A DNA stretch of 64,000 nt from Nitrososphaeria archaeon (GCA_027078545.1 JALWXN010000004.1:480001-544000); one strand, 5' to 3'. Positions 1-10,043 are shown, numbered from the stretch's first letter. The notes: generated from the letters alone by a model not told the origin. A program made the numbers and translations.

Positions 1-2
1 GG

Positions 3-746
3 GGGTTTAGATACGTCCATATAGTCGATGTTAGGCGGCGCTTCCTAGATGCGTTGAGGGGTGTGGCTGATCCGAGGGAGAAGAGGAGCGTCTTCAGTAG
101 GCTTTACTTCGAGGTCTTGAATGAGGTTGTCTCTAGGCTTGAGGATAGGTATGGCTCCTTCCGATATCTTGGCCAGGGGACTCTATACCCGGATGTAGTC
201 GAGACTGGGAGGACGAGTAGATACACAGATATGATTAAGGGGCATCACAACGTTCTGCACAGCGAGCTCTCCAGGCTTGAGCCCCTCGAGCCCCTTAGAT
301 ATCTCTATAAGGATGAGGTTAGGGCCGTGGCTAGGAGGCTGGGTATTCCTAGGGAGGTCTATATGAAGCACCCCTTCCCGGGGCCCGGCTACCTGGTTAG
401 GATCATCGGGCCGGTTGATGAGGAGAGGCTTGAGATTGTTAAGAAGGCCGACGCGATAGTTGTGGAGGAGCTCCGGAGATCTGGGCTCTACGAGGAGGTT
501 TGGCAGGGCTTCGCCGCCCTCCTAGGGGTTAAGACCGTGGGTGTGAAGGGGGATACACGTAGCTATGAATATGCAGTGGCGATAAGGATCGTCCAGAGTG
601 AGGATGGGATGACCGCGAGGCATTATGAGGCTCCGCATAGCCTCTTGGACAGGATTGCCCGGAGGATCCTTGACGAGGTGGATGGTGTGAATAGGGTCTT
701 CTACGACCTCAGCGATAAGCCGCCAGCCACTATCGAGTATGAATAG
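3..746 (+). CDS. guaA: GMP synthase (ATP-PPase/B subunit region), 5' end lies outside the window
   Basis: Frame open from base 3; motifs LGQGTLYPDVVE, IKGHHNV, LYKDEVR, HPFPGPG, C-terminal DKPPATIEYE. Confidence 0.95.
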   Translation, partial: GFRYVHIVDVRRRFLDALRGVADPREKRSVFSRLYFEVLNEVVSRLEDRYGSFRYLGQGTLYPDVVETGRTSRYTDMIKGHHNVLHSELSRLEPLEPLRYLYKDEVRAVARRLGIPREVYMKHPFPGPGYLVRIIGPVDEERLEIVKKADAIVVEELRRSGLYEEVWQGFAALLGVKTVGVKGDTRSYEYAVAIRIVQSEDGMTARHYEAPHSLLDRIARRILDEVDGVNRVFYDLSDKPPATIEYE

Positions 747-1797
747 CGGTCTCCACGATCCTATCCCTGAGGCCTAGGAAGAGGTCTAGGTTCTCATCCC
801 TATGTATCCTCGCCTTCCCAATCAAGACGCCGCTCACAAGTATAATAGCCTCCATACCCTCCCCCACAGATATCTTTAGGCTATACCTAGTCCTACCAAG
901 TACTCTGTAACCCAGGTTCTCAGCCGTCTCGCTAAGCCTGTCTAGGCTCAGCCCAGCCACCACCTTGTTCACTATGTATATGGCCGAGCCGTCCCTTGAG
1001 CAGCTCATCTCTGCCTCGGGTATGGATACCTCTACTGGCTCTCCCCTAGGCCTATCCCCACATACTGGGCATGTCTCCACCCTCTCTATATCGATCTTCT
1101 CGAAGCTCATCTGCCTCAGGTCTATGTATAGGAGCTTCCCCGCTAGGCTGGGCCTCTTCCCGGTTATTATTTCAACCGCCTGCTCCACCTCGAGGGCAGC
1201 CACCAACGTGGTTATGCTTGGATGTACACCTACGGTGGCGCATCTAGGTGCATCCTCATCACTGTATACTGGGTAGAAGCATTCGAGGCAGGGTGTCTCC
1301 CTGGGTATGATAGTGGTGATGTTACCGTACATCTCAATCCCCCCGGCGAAGACGTAGGGCTTCCCGAGCTTGACGGCGGCCCTATTGACTATATGCCTAG
1401 CCGCCATGCTGTCGAGGCCGTCAACCACTACATCTGCCTGCCCAACAATCTCCTCAGCATTACCTTGGTGTATAGGCTCGGGGTAGCTAACGGTCTCTAG
1501 CCAGGGGTTGAGCTCCCTAAGCCTCTCCTCAGCCGCCTCCACCTTCGGCACATCGACGTCTGACAACCTATACAGAGGCTCCCTATGGAGATCGGTGGCG
1601 GACACGACATCCCTATCCACTAGGACGAGTCTACCAACACCCATAGAGGCGAGAAGCATAGCCGCGGGGCTACCCAGACCACCAAGACCAATAACCGCCA
1701 CCGTCGATCGGGACAGCCTCTCCTGGCCCTCAAGCCCAATATCCTCAAGAACTATCTGACGGGAATACCTCTCAAGCCAGCCAACATCCATTACCAC
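730..1797 (-). CDS. moeB: ThiF/MoeB family E1-like adenylyltransferase with C-terminal extension
   Basis: RYSRQ, GLGGLG, DRDVV..TDLHR, CxxC (CLEC) and CPVC Zn motifs, catalytic Cys in RCATVGV. Confidence 0.9.
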   Translation of the reverse strand: MVMDVGWLERYSRQIVLEDIGLEGQERLSRSTVAVIGLGGLGSPAAMLLASMGVGRLVLVDRDVVSATDLHREPLYRLSDVDVPKVEAAEERLRELNPWLETVSYPEPIHQGNAEEIVGQADVVVDGLDSMAARHIVNRAAVKLGKPYVFAGGIEMYGNITTIIPRETPCLECFYPVYSDEDAPRCATVGVHPSITTLVAALEVEQAVEIITGKRPSLAGKLLYIDLRQMSFEKIDIERVETCPVCGDRPRGEPVEVSIPEAEMSCSRDGSAIYIVNKVVAGLSLDRLSETAENLGYRVLGRTRYSLKISVGEGMEAIILVSGVLIGKARIHRDENLDLFLGLRDRIVETAIHTR

Positions 1798-1855
1798 ATA
1801 ACCATATCAACAGCCAGAGTCATTAAAGCAATACACCACCCAAGTACTCCGACAC

Positions 1856-3762
1856 CAACAAACCCTTCCTAGTCTGGTTCTAACGGGACCCGGAGTTCCA
1901 AGAGCTGATACGAGACAAGATAGTTCTTTCAACCCTTCCTAGTCTGGTTCTAACCTAAGCGCTACATATGGCTAGACTACGACACCAAGAGCGAAGCTTT
2001 CAACCCTTCCTAGTCTGGTTCTAACTCAAAATCCTTATGCAATACCCAGTCTCTATACCGCCAACTGCTTTCAACCCTTCCTAGTCTGGTTCTAACTATA
2101 TGGCTAGGCGTGATCCTCATACTCGTATACATACTTTCAACCCTTCCTAGTCTGGTTCTAACACTGCTTCTCGGCAGCCTAGGGAGGTTGATGATGCTGT
2201 TGCTTTCAACCCTTCCTAGTCTGGTTCTAACCTTTTCACTCGTGAATGATGTGATCAGGAAGGAACTGACTTTCAACCCTTCCTAGTCTGGTTCTAACGA
2301 CTATGAGGTATTACTAGGACTCTACGTGGGCAACGAGTTCCTTTCAACCCTTCCTAGTCTGGTTCTAACGTTTCAGGCTCTGCGAAGTCGATCATGGTGA
2401 ATGCGGTCTGCTTTCAACCCTTCCTAGTCTGGTTCTAACTTAACTATGTCGGGATTCCTGACATAGCGTGAAGACTGAATCTTTCAACCCTTCCTAGTCT
2501 GGTTCTAACAATCGAGTGGAATCTCAAATGTCGATGTGAGATTCGTCCTTTCAACCCTTCCTAGTCTGGTTCTAACCAGTTTCGACGACTCCCGCCCAGC
2601 TGGGTGCAGATACATATGTACTTTCAACCCTTCCTAGTCTGGTTCTAACCTGAGGGCGGACTTGTCTAGGGGGAATTGGGCTGGATATCTTCTTTCAACC
2701 CTTCCTAGTCTGGTTCTAACACCTCTGGGGCGAGAACCGGGACTATAGACACTACCCCCCTTTCAACCCTTCCTAGTCTGGTTCTAACATTAAACCGCCG
2801 TAAAAGTGATAATGCAATGGGAATAGCCTCCTTTCAACCCTTCCTAGTCTGGTTCTAACGAGATAGAGATTACAGCGAGGCATATAGAGTATATTCTGCA
2901 CCTTTCAACCCTTCCTAGTCTGGTTCTAACAAATGTAAGGACAGTGGGCACTACTATCTTTACTTCGATAACTTTCAACCCTTCCTAGTCTGGTTCTAAC
3001 TATACTGATGTGAACTATCATAGACAGTACGGTAGCTTCCTTTCAACCCTTCCTAGTCTGGTTCTAACACAGACACATAGACAGTACAGGCGTGATTACT
3101 CTTGTCGTTCTTTCAACCCTTCCTAGTCTGGTTCTAACCCTTGGATCACTACTTCGGTAAGTGTCAATGCATCTTGGGCTTTCAACCCTTCCTAGTCTGG
3201 TTCTAACTATTCCAAGAGTCTAACATCATGATATATGTTTTCGATCTTTCAACCCTTCCTAGTCTGGTTCTAACACGCTTGAGGATTTCTTCGAGCTTTA
3301 TTTCAAGCACGAGATCTTTCAACCCTTCCTAGTCTGGTTCTAACATTATGAGAAGTTCATGTCGCAACTGAGGAAGTTATACGATCTTTCAACCCTTCCT
3401 AGTCTGGTTCTAACCTATGTTCATCTTCGTATCGCTCACCATTGCTATCCTAATTCTTTCAACCCTTCCTAGTCTGGTTCTAACTACGGGGTGAATGTGG
3501 AGGCCGCCATGAAGGAGTTTCTCTCTTTCAACCCTTCCTAGTCTGGTTCTAACCCCCCAAGGCGTCAATAGCGCTCCCGCCACACCCAAGACTTTCAACC
3601 CTTCCTAGTCTGGTTCTAACTGTATAGTCACGATTCGTGTTGATGATGAGACGCTTAGGATTATGACTTTCAACCCTTCCTAGTCTGGTTCTAACACCCT
3701 CATTGAGATTGTAGCACTCCTATCAGGGATCGACTTTCAACCCTTCCTAGTCTGGTTCTAAC
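1856..3762 (-). CRISPR. CRISPR array 1, repeat family A, about 28 repeats / 27 spacers (about 37-46 nt)
   Basis: Plus-strand repeat CTTTCAACCCTTCCTAGTCTGGTTCTAAC (29 nt); degenerate repeat at the left end and AT-rich leader on the right indicate minus-strand transcription. Confidence 0.99.
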
Positions 3763-3900
3763 CCGTGGGTTTTCTTCTGTTTCTATATAGGTATTTCTTG
3801 TGTTTCTCTTATTTAAGTTTTATGTGTGTCAAACCTCTGATCCTGCAGGGGGTTTATAAAGATGTGACGCAAAAAAGTATATAAACCCTTATAAAGGGGG
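3763..3900 (-). promoter_or_regulatory. CRISPR leader, family A
   Basis: Near-identical to 17935-18071 and 48156-48294; contains TTTATAAA and TTTATATA boxes. Confidence 0.92.
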
Positions 3901-3920
3901 TTAGGTGGGGAATCAGTTTG

Positions 3921-4532
3921 CTACTTTATTTTTCCGTCTATTATCTCTAGGGTTGTGTCTGCTATTCTGCGTATCTCTTCTCTGTGGCTTGCTATGATTA
4001 GTGTCTTCTCCCTATAGTTTTCCCTTAGGTGGTTTAGGAGTTTCTCCCTGTATCTCCTGTCTAGGTGGTTTAGGGGCTCGTCGAGGACTAGTATCTCCGG
4101 CTCTACTGCTAGGCCTCTCAGGATCGATACTAGTTTCTGGTATCCTGCCGAGAGGTTCTCGGCTGGTTCTTCTAGGATGTCTTCCAGCCCGAATATCCTG
4201 GCTATCTCAACTGCTCTTTCGAGGCTCTCCCCCCTTATCCTTAGTCCGTAGGCTATGTTCTCATATACACTCCTCCTGAGGATTACTGGCTTGTCATGGA
4301 TGTATACCGGCTTCTCCACATCTTCACGGTAGATGTCCCTGCCTCTGACTAGTATCCTACCGCTGAGAGGTGGTAATAGTCCTGATAACGCCTTGCATAG
4401 CGTGGTCTTCCCACTCCCGTTCTCACCCATCACAAGGGTTATCCCCCTCCCTATCTCCAGGTCTATCTCCCTTAGTATGGGTCTCCCGTTGTAGCCCAGC
4501 GATACCCTCACGAGCCGGATCATCTCCTCCAC
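3921..4532 (-). CDS. tupC: Tungstate ABC transporter ATPase
   Basis: Walker A GENGSGKT, LSAG signature, LVLDEP; in an operon with tupAB. Confidence 0.85.
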   Translation of the reverse strand: MEEMIRLVRVSLGYNGRPILREIDLEIGRGITLVMGENGSGKTTLCKALSGLLPPLSGRILVRGRDIYREDVEKPVYIHDKPVILRRSVYENIAYGLRIRGESLERAVEIARIFGLEDILEEPAENLSAGYQKLVSILRGLAVEPEILVLDEPLNHLDRRYREKLLNHLRENYREKTLIIASHREEIRRIADTTLEIIDGKIK

Positions 4533-5164
4533 CCCAGTAGCCTGATGATCGCTACGAGGACGAGGTCTATGAGGAGTAGGATGAGGCCTAGGCTTATCGC
4601 TAGGTCGAAGCGGCCCCTATGTATCTCCAGTGCAATCGCTGTTGTGAAGACCCTTGTGTATCCAGCTATGTTCCCCCCGAGCATGAGGGCTATACCCAGC
4701 TCACCCACTGCCCGCTGGAAGCCTATGACTATGGAGCCTATTATCCCCTCCCTATTCTCCTCCACTAGGAGCTCCACCACCTCCCTACCCCCCGCCCCAA
4801 AGGTCTTAGCCATCTCTATTAGCTCGCCCCGCTCCTTTGAGACCACCTCATATATCATGGAGGATATTAGGGGTGTGACTAGGACCGCCTGCCCAATTAT
4901 CATCGCCTCGGGGGTGTAGAGTAGGCGTAGTATGCCTAGTGGGCCTGACCTTGAGAGGAGTAGGTAGAGGAGTAGGCCTATAAGGACTGTTGGGAACCCC
5001 ATCAGGGTGTTCATGATTGATATGTATCCCCTTGAGAGCCTCCCACCCCTGTATACGGCGTAGATCGTGGCTGGTATGGACCATGTAGATGCCAGTAGGG
5101 CTGCGGATAGTGAGACGTATAGGCTCCTAAATGTTATCTCGACTATCTCTCCCGGTAGGCTCAA
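4520..5164 (-). CDS. tupB: Tungstate ABC transporter permease
   Basis: LLSRSGPLG, FQRAVGELG..LMLGGNIAGYTRVFTTAI typical of TupB. Confidence 0.9.
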   Translation of the reverse strand: MSLPGEIVEITFRSLYVSLSAALLASTWSIPATIYAVYRGGRLSRGYISIMNTLMGFPTVLIGLLLYLLLSRSGPLGILRLLYTPEAMIIGQAVLVTPLISSMIYEVVSKERGELIEMAKTFGAGGREVVELLVEENREGIIGSIVIGFQRAVGELGIALMLGGNIAGYTRVFTTAIALEIHRGRFDLAISLGLILLLIDLVLVAIIRLLGWRR

Positions 5165-6033
5165 CCCCGATCGCCCGCCAGCTCCTCCCAGGTATCTCTG
5201 AGGCTACCCGTGTATTCAGAGGTCTTATAGAAGATCTTCGACCCAGCCTCTGAGTTGAAGGTCTCTATAAGTATGTCTATATTCTCGACTATGTAGTTGT
5301 AGAACCTCCTGGCCTCGTCGCCAGCCCCCTCCACCAGGTATATGCTGTAGATGTTTATCAGCTCCGTGCCACCCTCATATAGCTTCTCCAGTGCTATCCT
5401 CCCCTCCTTCCTATATATGACGTAGGTTCCTATGTCGCTCAGGGTGTATCCGCCCATCTCGTCCGTGATTAGGAGGGTCTGCCCCATGCCTGAGCCGCTC
5501 TCGATGTACCAGTCGCCACTGGGCTCTATCCCTGCCAGCCTCCATAGCTCAAGCTCCTTCACATGTGTCCCGCTATTGTCCCCCCTGCTTATGAATATGG
5601 CTCTGCCCTCCAGCCCGGCTTGGTAGATCCTCCTGAACGCCTCTATAGGCGTCTCCGCACTGGATATGTTTGCAGGGTCGTCTGGGGGGCCCACTATCAC
5701 GAAGTAGTTGTACATGATTATCCTACCCTCCCTCAGGACGCCCTTCTCGATATACTCCTTCTCCAGGCTGGGGGCGTGGGCGAAGACCACCTCTCCATCG
5801 CCCCGTGCAGCGGCCTCCAGGGCTGCACCGCTCCCTAGGGAGACGATCTTGACTATGCTGCCTGGGTATAGGGATTCGTATCCCTCCCGGGCCATGTCTA
5901 GGAAGCCTGTGGCATAGAGGGATGTGGTGGTTACTACCACGACCTCTGACCCGGGCCTGTATATCCATGTGTAGATGGATGCCACGAGTAGGAGGGCAGC
6001 AGCTATGACTAGTATCCATCTATATAGTGGCAT
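5161..6033 (-). CDS. tupA: Tungstate ABC transporter substrate-binding protein
   Basis: N-terminal TM anchor, TTTS motif, GSGAAL, FISRGDNSGTHVKE, YTLSDIGT. Confidence 0.92.
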   Translation of the reverse strand: MPLYRWILVIAAALLLVASIYTWIYRPGSEVVVVTTTSLYATGFLDMAREGYESLYPGSIVKIVSLGSGAALEAAARGDGEVVFAHAPSLEKEYIEKGVLREGRIIMYNYFVIVGPPDDPANISSAETPIEAFRRIYQAGLEGRAIFISRGDNSGTHVKELELWRLAGIEPSGDWYIESGSGMGQTLLITDEMGGYTLSDIGTYVIYRKEGRIALEKLYEGGTELINIYSIYLVEGAGDEARRFYNYIVENIDILIETFNSEAGSKIFYKTSEYTGSLRDTWEELAGDRG

Positions 6034-6119
6034 CCCGGACCACTACTAGAGATATTCCCTGCCCGGCGTAATATCACCTGTTTATAGATGGAGTGGGAGA
6101 CACACTTATATGGTCATAG

Positions 6120-7454
6120 ATGCTGAGGGCTAGGATAGATGGGGCTGGGTATAGGGATAGGCCAGTGCTTAGGGATCTCGAGCTAGATGTTGATGGGGAG
6201 AGGGTATTGATAGCTGGTGCCTCGGGCTCCGGTAAGACCACCCTCTTCCTAGCCGTGACGGGTGTCCTAAGCCATCTCCTAGACGGCTATGTGGATGGGG
6301 AGGTGGATATCTCCGGCTACGACCCACTGGAGCATGGCTTGGAGGGGGTGGCTGAGAGGATAGGCATCGTACTCCAGGACCCTGAGAGGCAGCTCGCCAT
6401 GCCAGTGGTTAGGGATGAGGTTCTCTTCACCCTGGAGAACCTTGGCTTAGAGCCTGATGAGGAGTATGTCGAGGATCTCCTGGCCCGCTTCGGACTAGCC
6501 GCGTTGGGGGATAGGCATGTGGAGGAGCTCTCGGGGGGTGAGAAGAGGAGGCTCACTATGCTTACCGCGGTCGCCCATAGCCCCGACACCATCCTGCTCG
6601 ACGAGCCCACAGCCTCGCTCGACCCCTGGGGTATTAGGGATGTCCGTAGATTTGTTGAGGGGCTGGATGAGGCGGTTATTATTGAGCATAAGGCCGGCTA
6701 CTTCACCGACCTGGTGGATCGGATATATGTGCTGCGGGGTGGGAGGCTTGTCGAGGCCCATCCGGAGGAGCTTGAGGGGATGGGTGTCGATACGGCTCCC
6801 CGTAGGAGGCTCCCACCTATAGAGCCTGTTAGGCGTGGCCCGGCGTTGGAGGCGAGGGATCTAGTTGTTGGGTATGACGAGCCTGTGCTGGAGGGTTTAG
6901 ACCTAGTGGTGGAGCGTGGGGAGGCGGTCGCCATAGTCGGGCCTAACGGGTCTGGGAAGTCCACCCTCCTCAAGACGATAGCCGGTTTCATCGAGCCGCT
7001 GGATGGGCGGATTAGGCTATATACAGAGCCGCTCTACCTCCCCCAGGAGCCCGACATATTCTTCCTCCACCCCACTGTTAGGGACGAGATCCTGAGCGTC
7101 TCTGGTGAGGAGGCCCTCAGCCTCTTCCCTAGGGAGCTACACCCGATGCCTCCATACCTCCTGAGCCATGGGGAGAGGAGGCGTCTCCTCCACCTATTGG
7201 CTAGGCTCTATGGGCATGGCCTCCTACTACTGGACGAGCCCACTACTGGCCTGGACCTGGAGAACTATCTATCCATAGCGACGGATCTAGTTGGGATGAA
7301 GCGGGGTGGTAGGGCATTATTGATAGCTACCCATGACCCGAGGCTTGTGCTTGACGTCTGTGACAGGGCATACATCATCGGTGATGGGCTTAGAGAGGTT
7401 GGTAGCGAGGAGGCTGCTGAGTATCTCCTCGAGCCGGTGATGGGTATTGCATAG
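6120..7454 (+). CDS. ECF transporter double ATPase (YkoD-like)
   Basis: Two ABC domains (GASGSGKT/LSGGE; GPNGSGKS/LSHGE), ECF-type Q-loop LQDPERQ. Confidence 0.88.
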   Translation: MLRARIDGAGYRDRPVLRDLELDVDGERVLIAGASGSGKTTLFLAVTGVLSHLLDGYVDGEVDISGYDPLEHGLEGVAERIGIVLQDPERQLAMPVVRDEVLFTLENLGLEPDEEYVEDLLARFGLAALGDRHVEELSGGEKRRLTMLTAVAHSPDTILLDEPTASLDPWGIRDVRRFVEGLDEAVIIEHKAGYFTDLVDRIYVLRGGRLVEAHPEELEGMGVDTAPRRRLPPIEPVRRGPALEARDLVVGYDEPVLEGLDLVVERGEAVAIVGPNGSGKSTLLKTIAGFIEPLDGRIRLYTEPLYLPQEPDIFFLHPTVRDEILSVSGEEALSLFPRELHPMPPYLLSHGERRRLLHLLARLYGHGLLLLDEPTTGLDLENYLSIATDLVGMKRGGRALLIATHDPRLVLDVCDRAYIIGDGLREVGSEEAAEYLLEPVMGIA

Positions 7455-8169
7455 GCCTAGGCCCTCAACCCTCTTCATATACGCCTTGGGCATAACCCTC
7501 GCGGCCTTCATACTTAGGGATCCCGTCCCCCTAGCCTTCTTGGCTATTCCCCACTTCATCCTAGGACTCCTCCTTGGCTATAGGAGGTTCAAGATATTAA
7601 TACTCATCTTCCTCCTCGGGATGACAGGCCTATACCTCAACGTGGTGGCTGTCCACTCTGGCCCAAGCCTAGAGAGGTTCCTAGCCAGCCTATTTAGCCC
7701 CGAGGTCATAATCGGCTTCCTATCAATAGCCTTTAGGCTTATGGCAATCACGGGGGCAACAATGATATTCCTATCCCTTGTGGAGCCCTACCCAGCTGTG
7801 AAGTCGCTGGAGGAGGATCTCTACCTGCCCAAGGGCGTTGCCTTCTCGATATACTATGCCCTACGCCTCCTACCACTTATCCAGCGGCTCGCCAGGGATA
7901 TATCCAACGTGAGGCGGATGAGGGGGGCCAGGCCATATATAGCCACGCCCGGTGACTTCATAGGCTTCCTCAGGCCACTCCTATCAATACTTGTTGAGCG
8001 GGCCCTATGGACGGGTATAGCGGCTGAGCTCCGGGGCTTCGCCCGGCGTAGGCCTAGGAGGCGTGGCTATAGGCCGGGCCCAATGGATATCCTGGTACTC
8101 ACACTACTGGTTGTAGAGGTCTTGATAGCCCTCCAGCTGCCCCCGGATCTCACCCTCCAGCCCTTATAA
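7447..8169 (+). CDS. ECF transporter transmembrane T component (YkoC-like)
   Basis: Hydrophobic; RRMRG and AELRGF motifs typical of EcfT. Confidence 0.85.
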   Translation: MHRPRPSTLFIYALGITLAAFILRDPVPLAFLAIPHFILGLLLGYRRFKILILIFLLGMTGLYLNVVAVHSGPSLERFLASLFSPEVIIGFLSIAFRLMAITGATMIFLSLVEPYPAVKSLEEDLYLPKGVAFSIYYALRLLPLIQRLARDISNVRRMRGARPYIATPGDFIGFLRPLLSILVERALWTGIAAELRGFARRRPRRRGYRPGPMDILVLTLLVVEVLIALQLPPDLTLQPL

Positions 8170-8237
8170 CCCTTGAGGTATAGCTTGAAAAGATTCTCGG
8201 GCCTTGGCTACATAAAATATTAATAAAGGGTTATAGC

Positions 8238-8798
8238 GTGGACAGGGGATATACAGGAATGGCCATGAATAGGGGTGGCTCCTGGAGATATACGGCTGTA
8301 GACTTCGCACTCCTCGGCGTGGTCGCCGTAATAATGGGGATCATATTCACATTCGCATGGTCTGTCTACGAGGCGGTGAAGACGATCGGGGGTCCCATAG
8401 CGGCTAGGCTATTCACCTATGGACTATGGTTCATCGGCGCACCATTGGCAGCCACGCTTATCAGGAAGCCACTAGCCGCATTCCTCGGAGAGACGCTGGG
8501 AGCCCTCCTTGAGGCACTACTCCCAACCCCGGGTGCCTTCACAAACCTCATCTATGGTGCTGTCCAGGGAGCCCTGAGTGAGCTGGCCTACCTATTGACT
8601 GGCTATAGGAGGTTCGACCCCTTGATAGGGGCTGTGGCAGGAGCCCTAGCCGGGCCGGGAGCAATAGTGCTCGACGCCATCCTATTCGAGTCGATAGCTA
8701 CTCCCGAGGTCATGACACTCTGGTTTATAGCCGCCACTCTGAGCGGTGCTATCTACGGCTTCCTCGCCTCCTCAGCCGCCAGCATATTCAAGAGATAG
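8238..8798 (+). CDS. ECF S component, YkoE-like (thiamine/HMP-related); true start probably ATG 8259 or 8265
   Basis: YGLWF..LIRKP.AAFLGE, YGAVQG..SEL motifs of the YkoE family. Confidence 0.8.
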   Translation: MDRGYTGMAMNRGGSWRYTAVDFALLGVVAVIMGIIFTFAWSVYEAVKTIGGPIAARLFTYGLWFIGAPLAATLIRKPLAAFLGETLGALLEALLPTPGAFTNLIYGAVQGALSELAYLLTGYRRFDPLIGAVAGALAGPGAIVLDAILFESIATPEVMTLWFIAATLSGAIYGFLASSAASIFKR

Positions 8799-8817
8799 GG
8801 GGATAGTTTCTATATTG

Positions 8818-9912
8818 ATGCTGGATAGGAGGCGCTTCCTGAAGCTGGTTGGGGCCGGGGCCATACTGGCTGGCTTGGGCTACGTAGCCCTTAGGATGGC
8901 TACGAGGCCTGAGTACGGCGAGGTCGAGGCAGAGTATGAGCTTGTTGACCTGGCCACCGACCTGACTATACCCTGGGCAGTTAGGATGGTGGGGGAGGGA
9001 CTACTCGTCACCGAGAGGCCTGGTAGGCTGGTCTATATCGAGGATGGGTCTCCCAGGCTTATCCATAGCTTCGACGTAGCAGCTGTAGGGGAGGCTGGCC
9101 TACTGGGGCTGGAGCTAGACCCCGACTTCGAGGCAAATAGAAGGATCTATCTATACATGAGTGTGTATAGGGATGGGGAGATAGTGAACCGTGTGGTTAG
9201 GGCCAGGATTGACCCTGACTTTAGGGGCCTCTCAAGTATCGAGACGATCCTCGACGGTATACCAGGCGCGAATATCCATGACGGGGGGAGGATCAGGCTG
9301 GGGCCAGACGGCTATCTATATGTAACCACTGGTGACGCCAACATACCGAGCCTGGCGCAGGATCCGGAGAGCCTTGCAGGTAAGATACTCCGGATAGGGC
9401 TTGACGGGGAGCCGCATCCCGACAACCCCTTTGGTAACGAGGTATATAGCTTGGGGCATAGGAATCCACAGGGCCTCGACTGGCACCCAGTTACTGGGGA
9501 GCTGTACAGCAGTGAGCACGGCCCAATAGGGCATGACGAGATAAATAGAATAGTTCCCGGTGGAAACTATGGCTGGCCGATATACGCTGGCTACAGCAGG
9601 GACGAGAGATACATATCACCAGTATTCGAGACCGGGGACAAGACGATAGCGCCTAGCGGAGCGTCATTCATAGATGGCCGCATACTAGGCCTCGACGGCT
9701 ACGTCTTCGGAGTGGCATGTCTAAGGGGTTCACAGGTATTCATCTATGATCTAGACAATGGCGCAACATATAGTATCCTCTCAGGAACATTGGGGAGGCT
9801 GAGGGAGCTGATACCCCACGAAGATGGATTCATCGTAGCCACAAGCAATAGGGATGGGAGGGGATCTCCTAGGGAGGGGGACGACAGGATTGTCCTGGTT
9901 AAGATGGGTTAG
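8818..9912 (+). CDS. PQQ-dependent aldose sugar (glucose/sorbosone) dehydrogenase with Tat signal
   Basis: DRRRFLK twin-arginine signal, VTERPG, GEAGLLG, HDGGRI, GHRNPQG, GGNYGWP, GRLR. Confidence 0.92.
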   Translation: MLDRRRFLKLVGAGAILAGLGYVALRMATRPEYGEVEAEYELVDLATDLTIPWAVRMVGEGLLVTERPGRLVYIEDGSPRLIHSFDVAAVGEAGLLGLELDPDFEANRRIYLYMSVYRDGEIVNRVVRARIDPDFRGLSSIETILDGIPGANIHDGGRIRLGPDGYLYVTTGDANIPSLAQDPESLAGKILRIGLDGEPHPDNPFGNEVYSLGHRNPQGLDWHPVTGELYSSEHGPIGHDEINRIVPGGNYGWPIYAGYSRDERYISPVFETGDKTIAPSGASFIDGRILGLDGYVFGVACLRGSQVFIYDLDNGATYSILSGTLGRLRELIPHEDGFIVATSNRDGRGSPREGDDRIVLVKMG

Positions 9913-10043
9913 CATTCTCTAAAACAAGGTGTATCAATAAAAATAAGACCTGTGACACACTTAATTTATAAACTATATGTTCGGATTAGCGTAGCCCCAA
10001 TATATACTATACACTAATCATTGTACGATGTAGGATTTTAGGT

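Noticed and set aside
1856-3762. Apparent bias of array 1 crRNAs toward being antisense to mRNA (type III selection)
   Set aside because: By eye roughly two-thirds of spacers look plus-strand coding, but frame guessing on 40-mers is unreliable without mapped targets.
8160-8240. Possible TPP riboswitch or operator before the YkoE-like gene (TATAACCCTT...AAGGGTTATA)
   Set aside because: No TPP core motifs; the arms are about 50 nt apart and overlap a stop codon and promoter, so support is weak.
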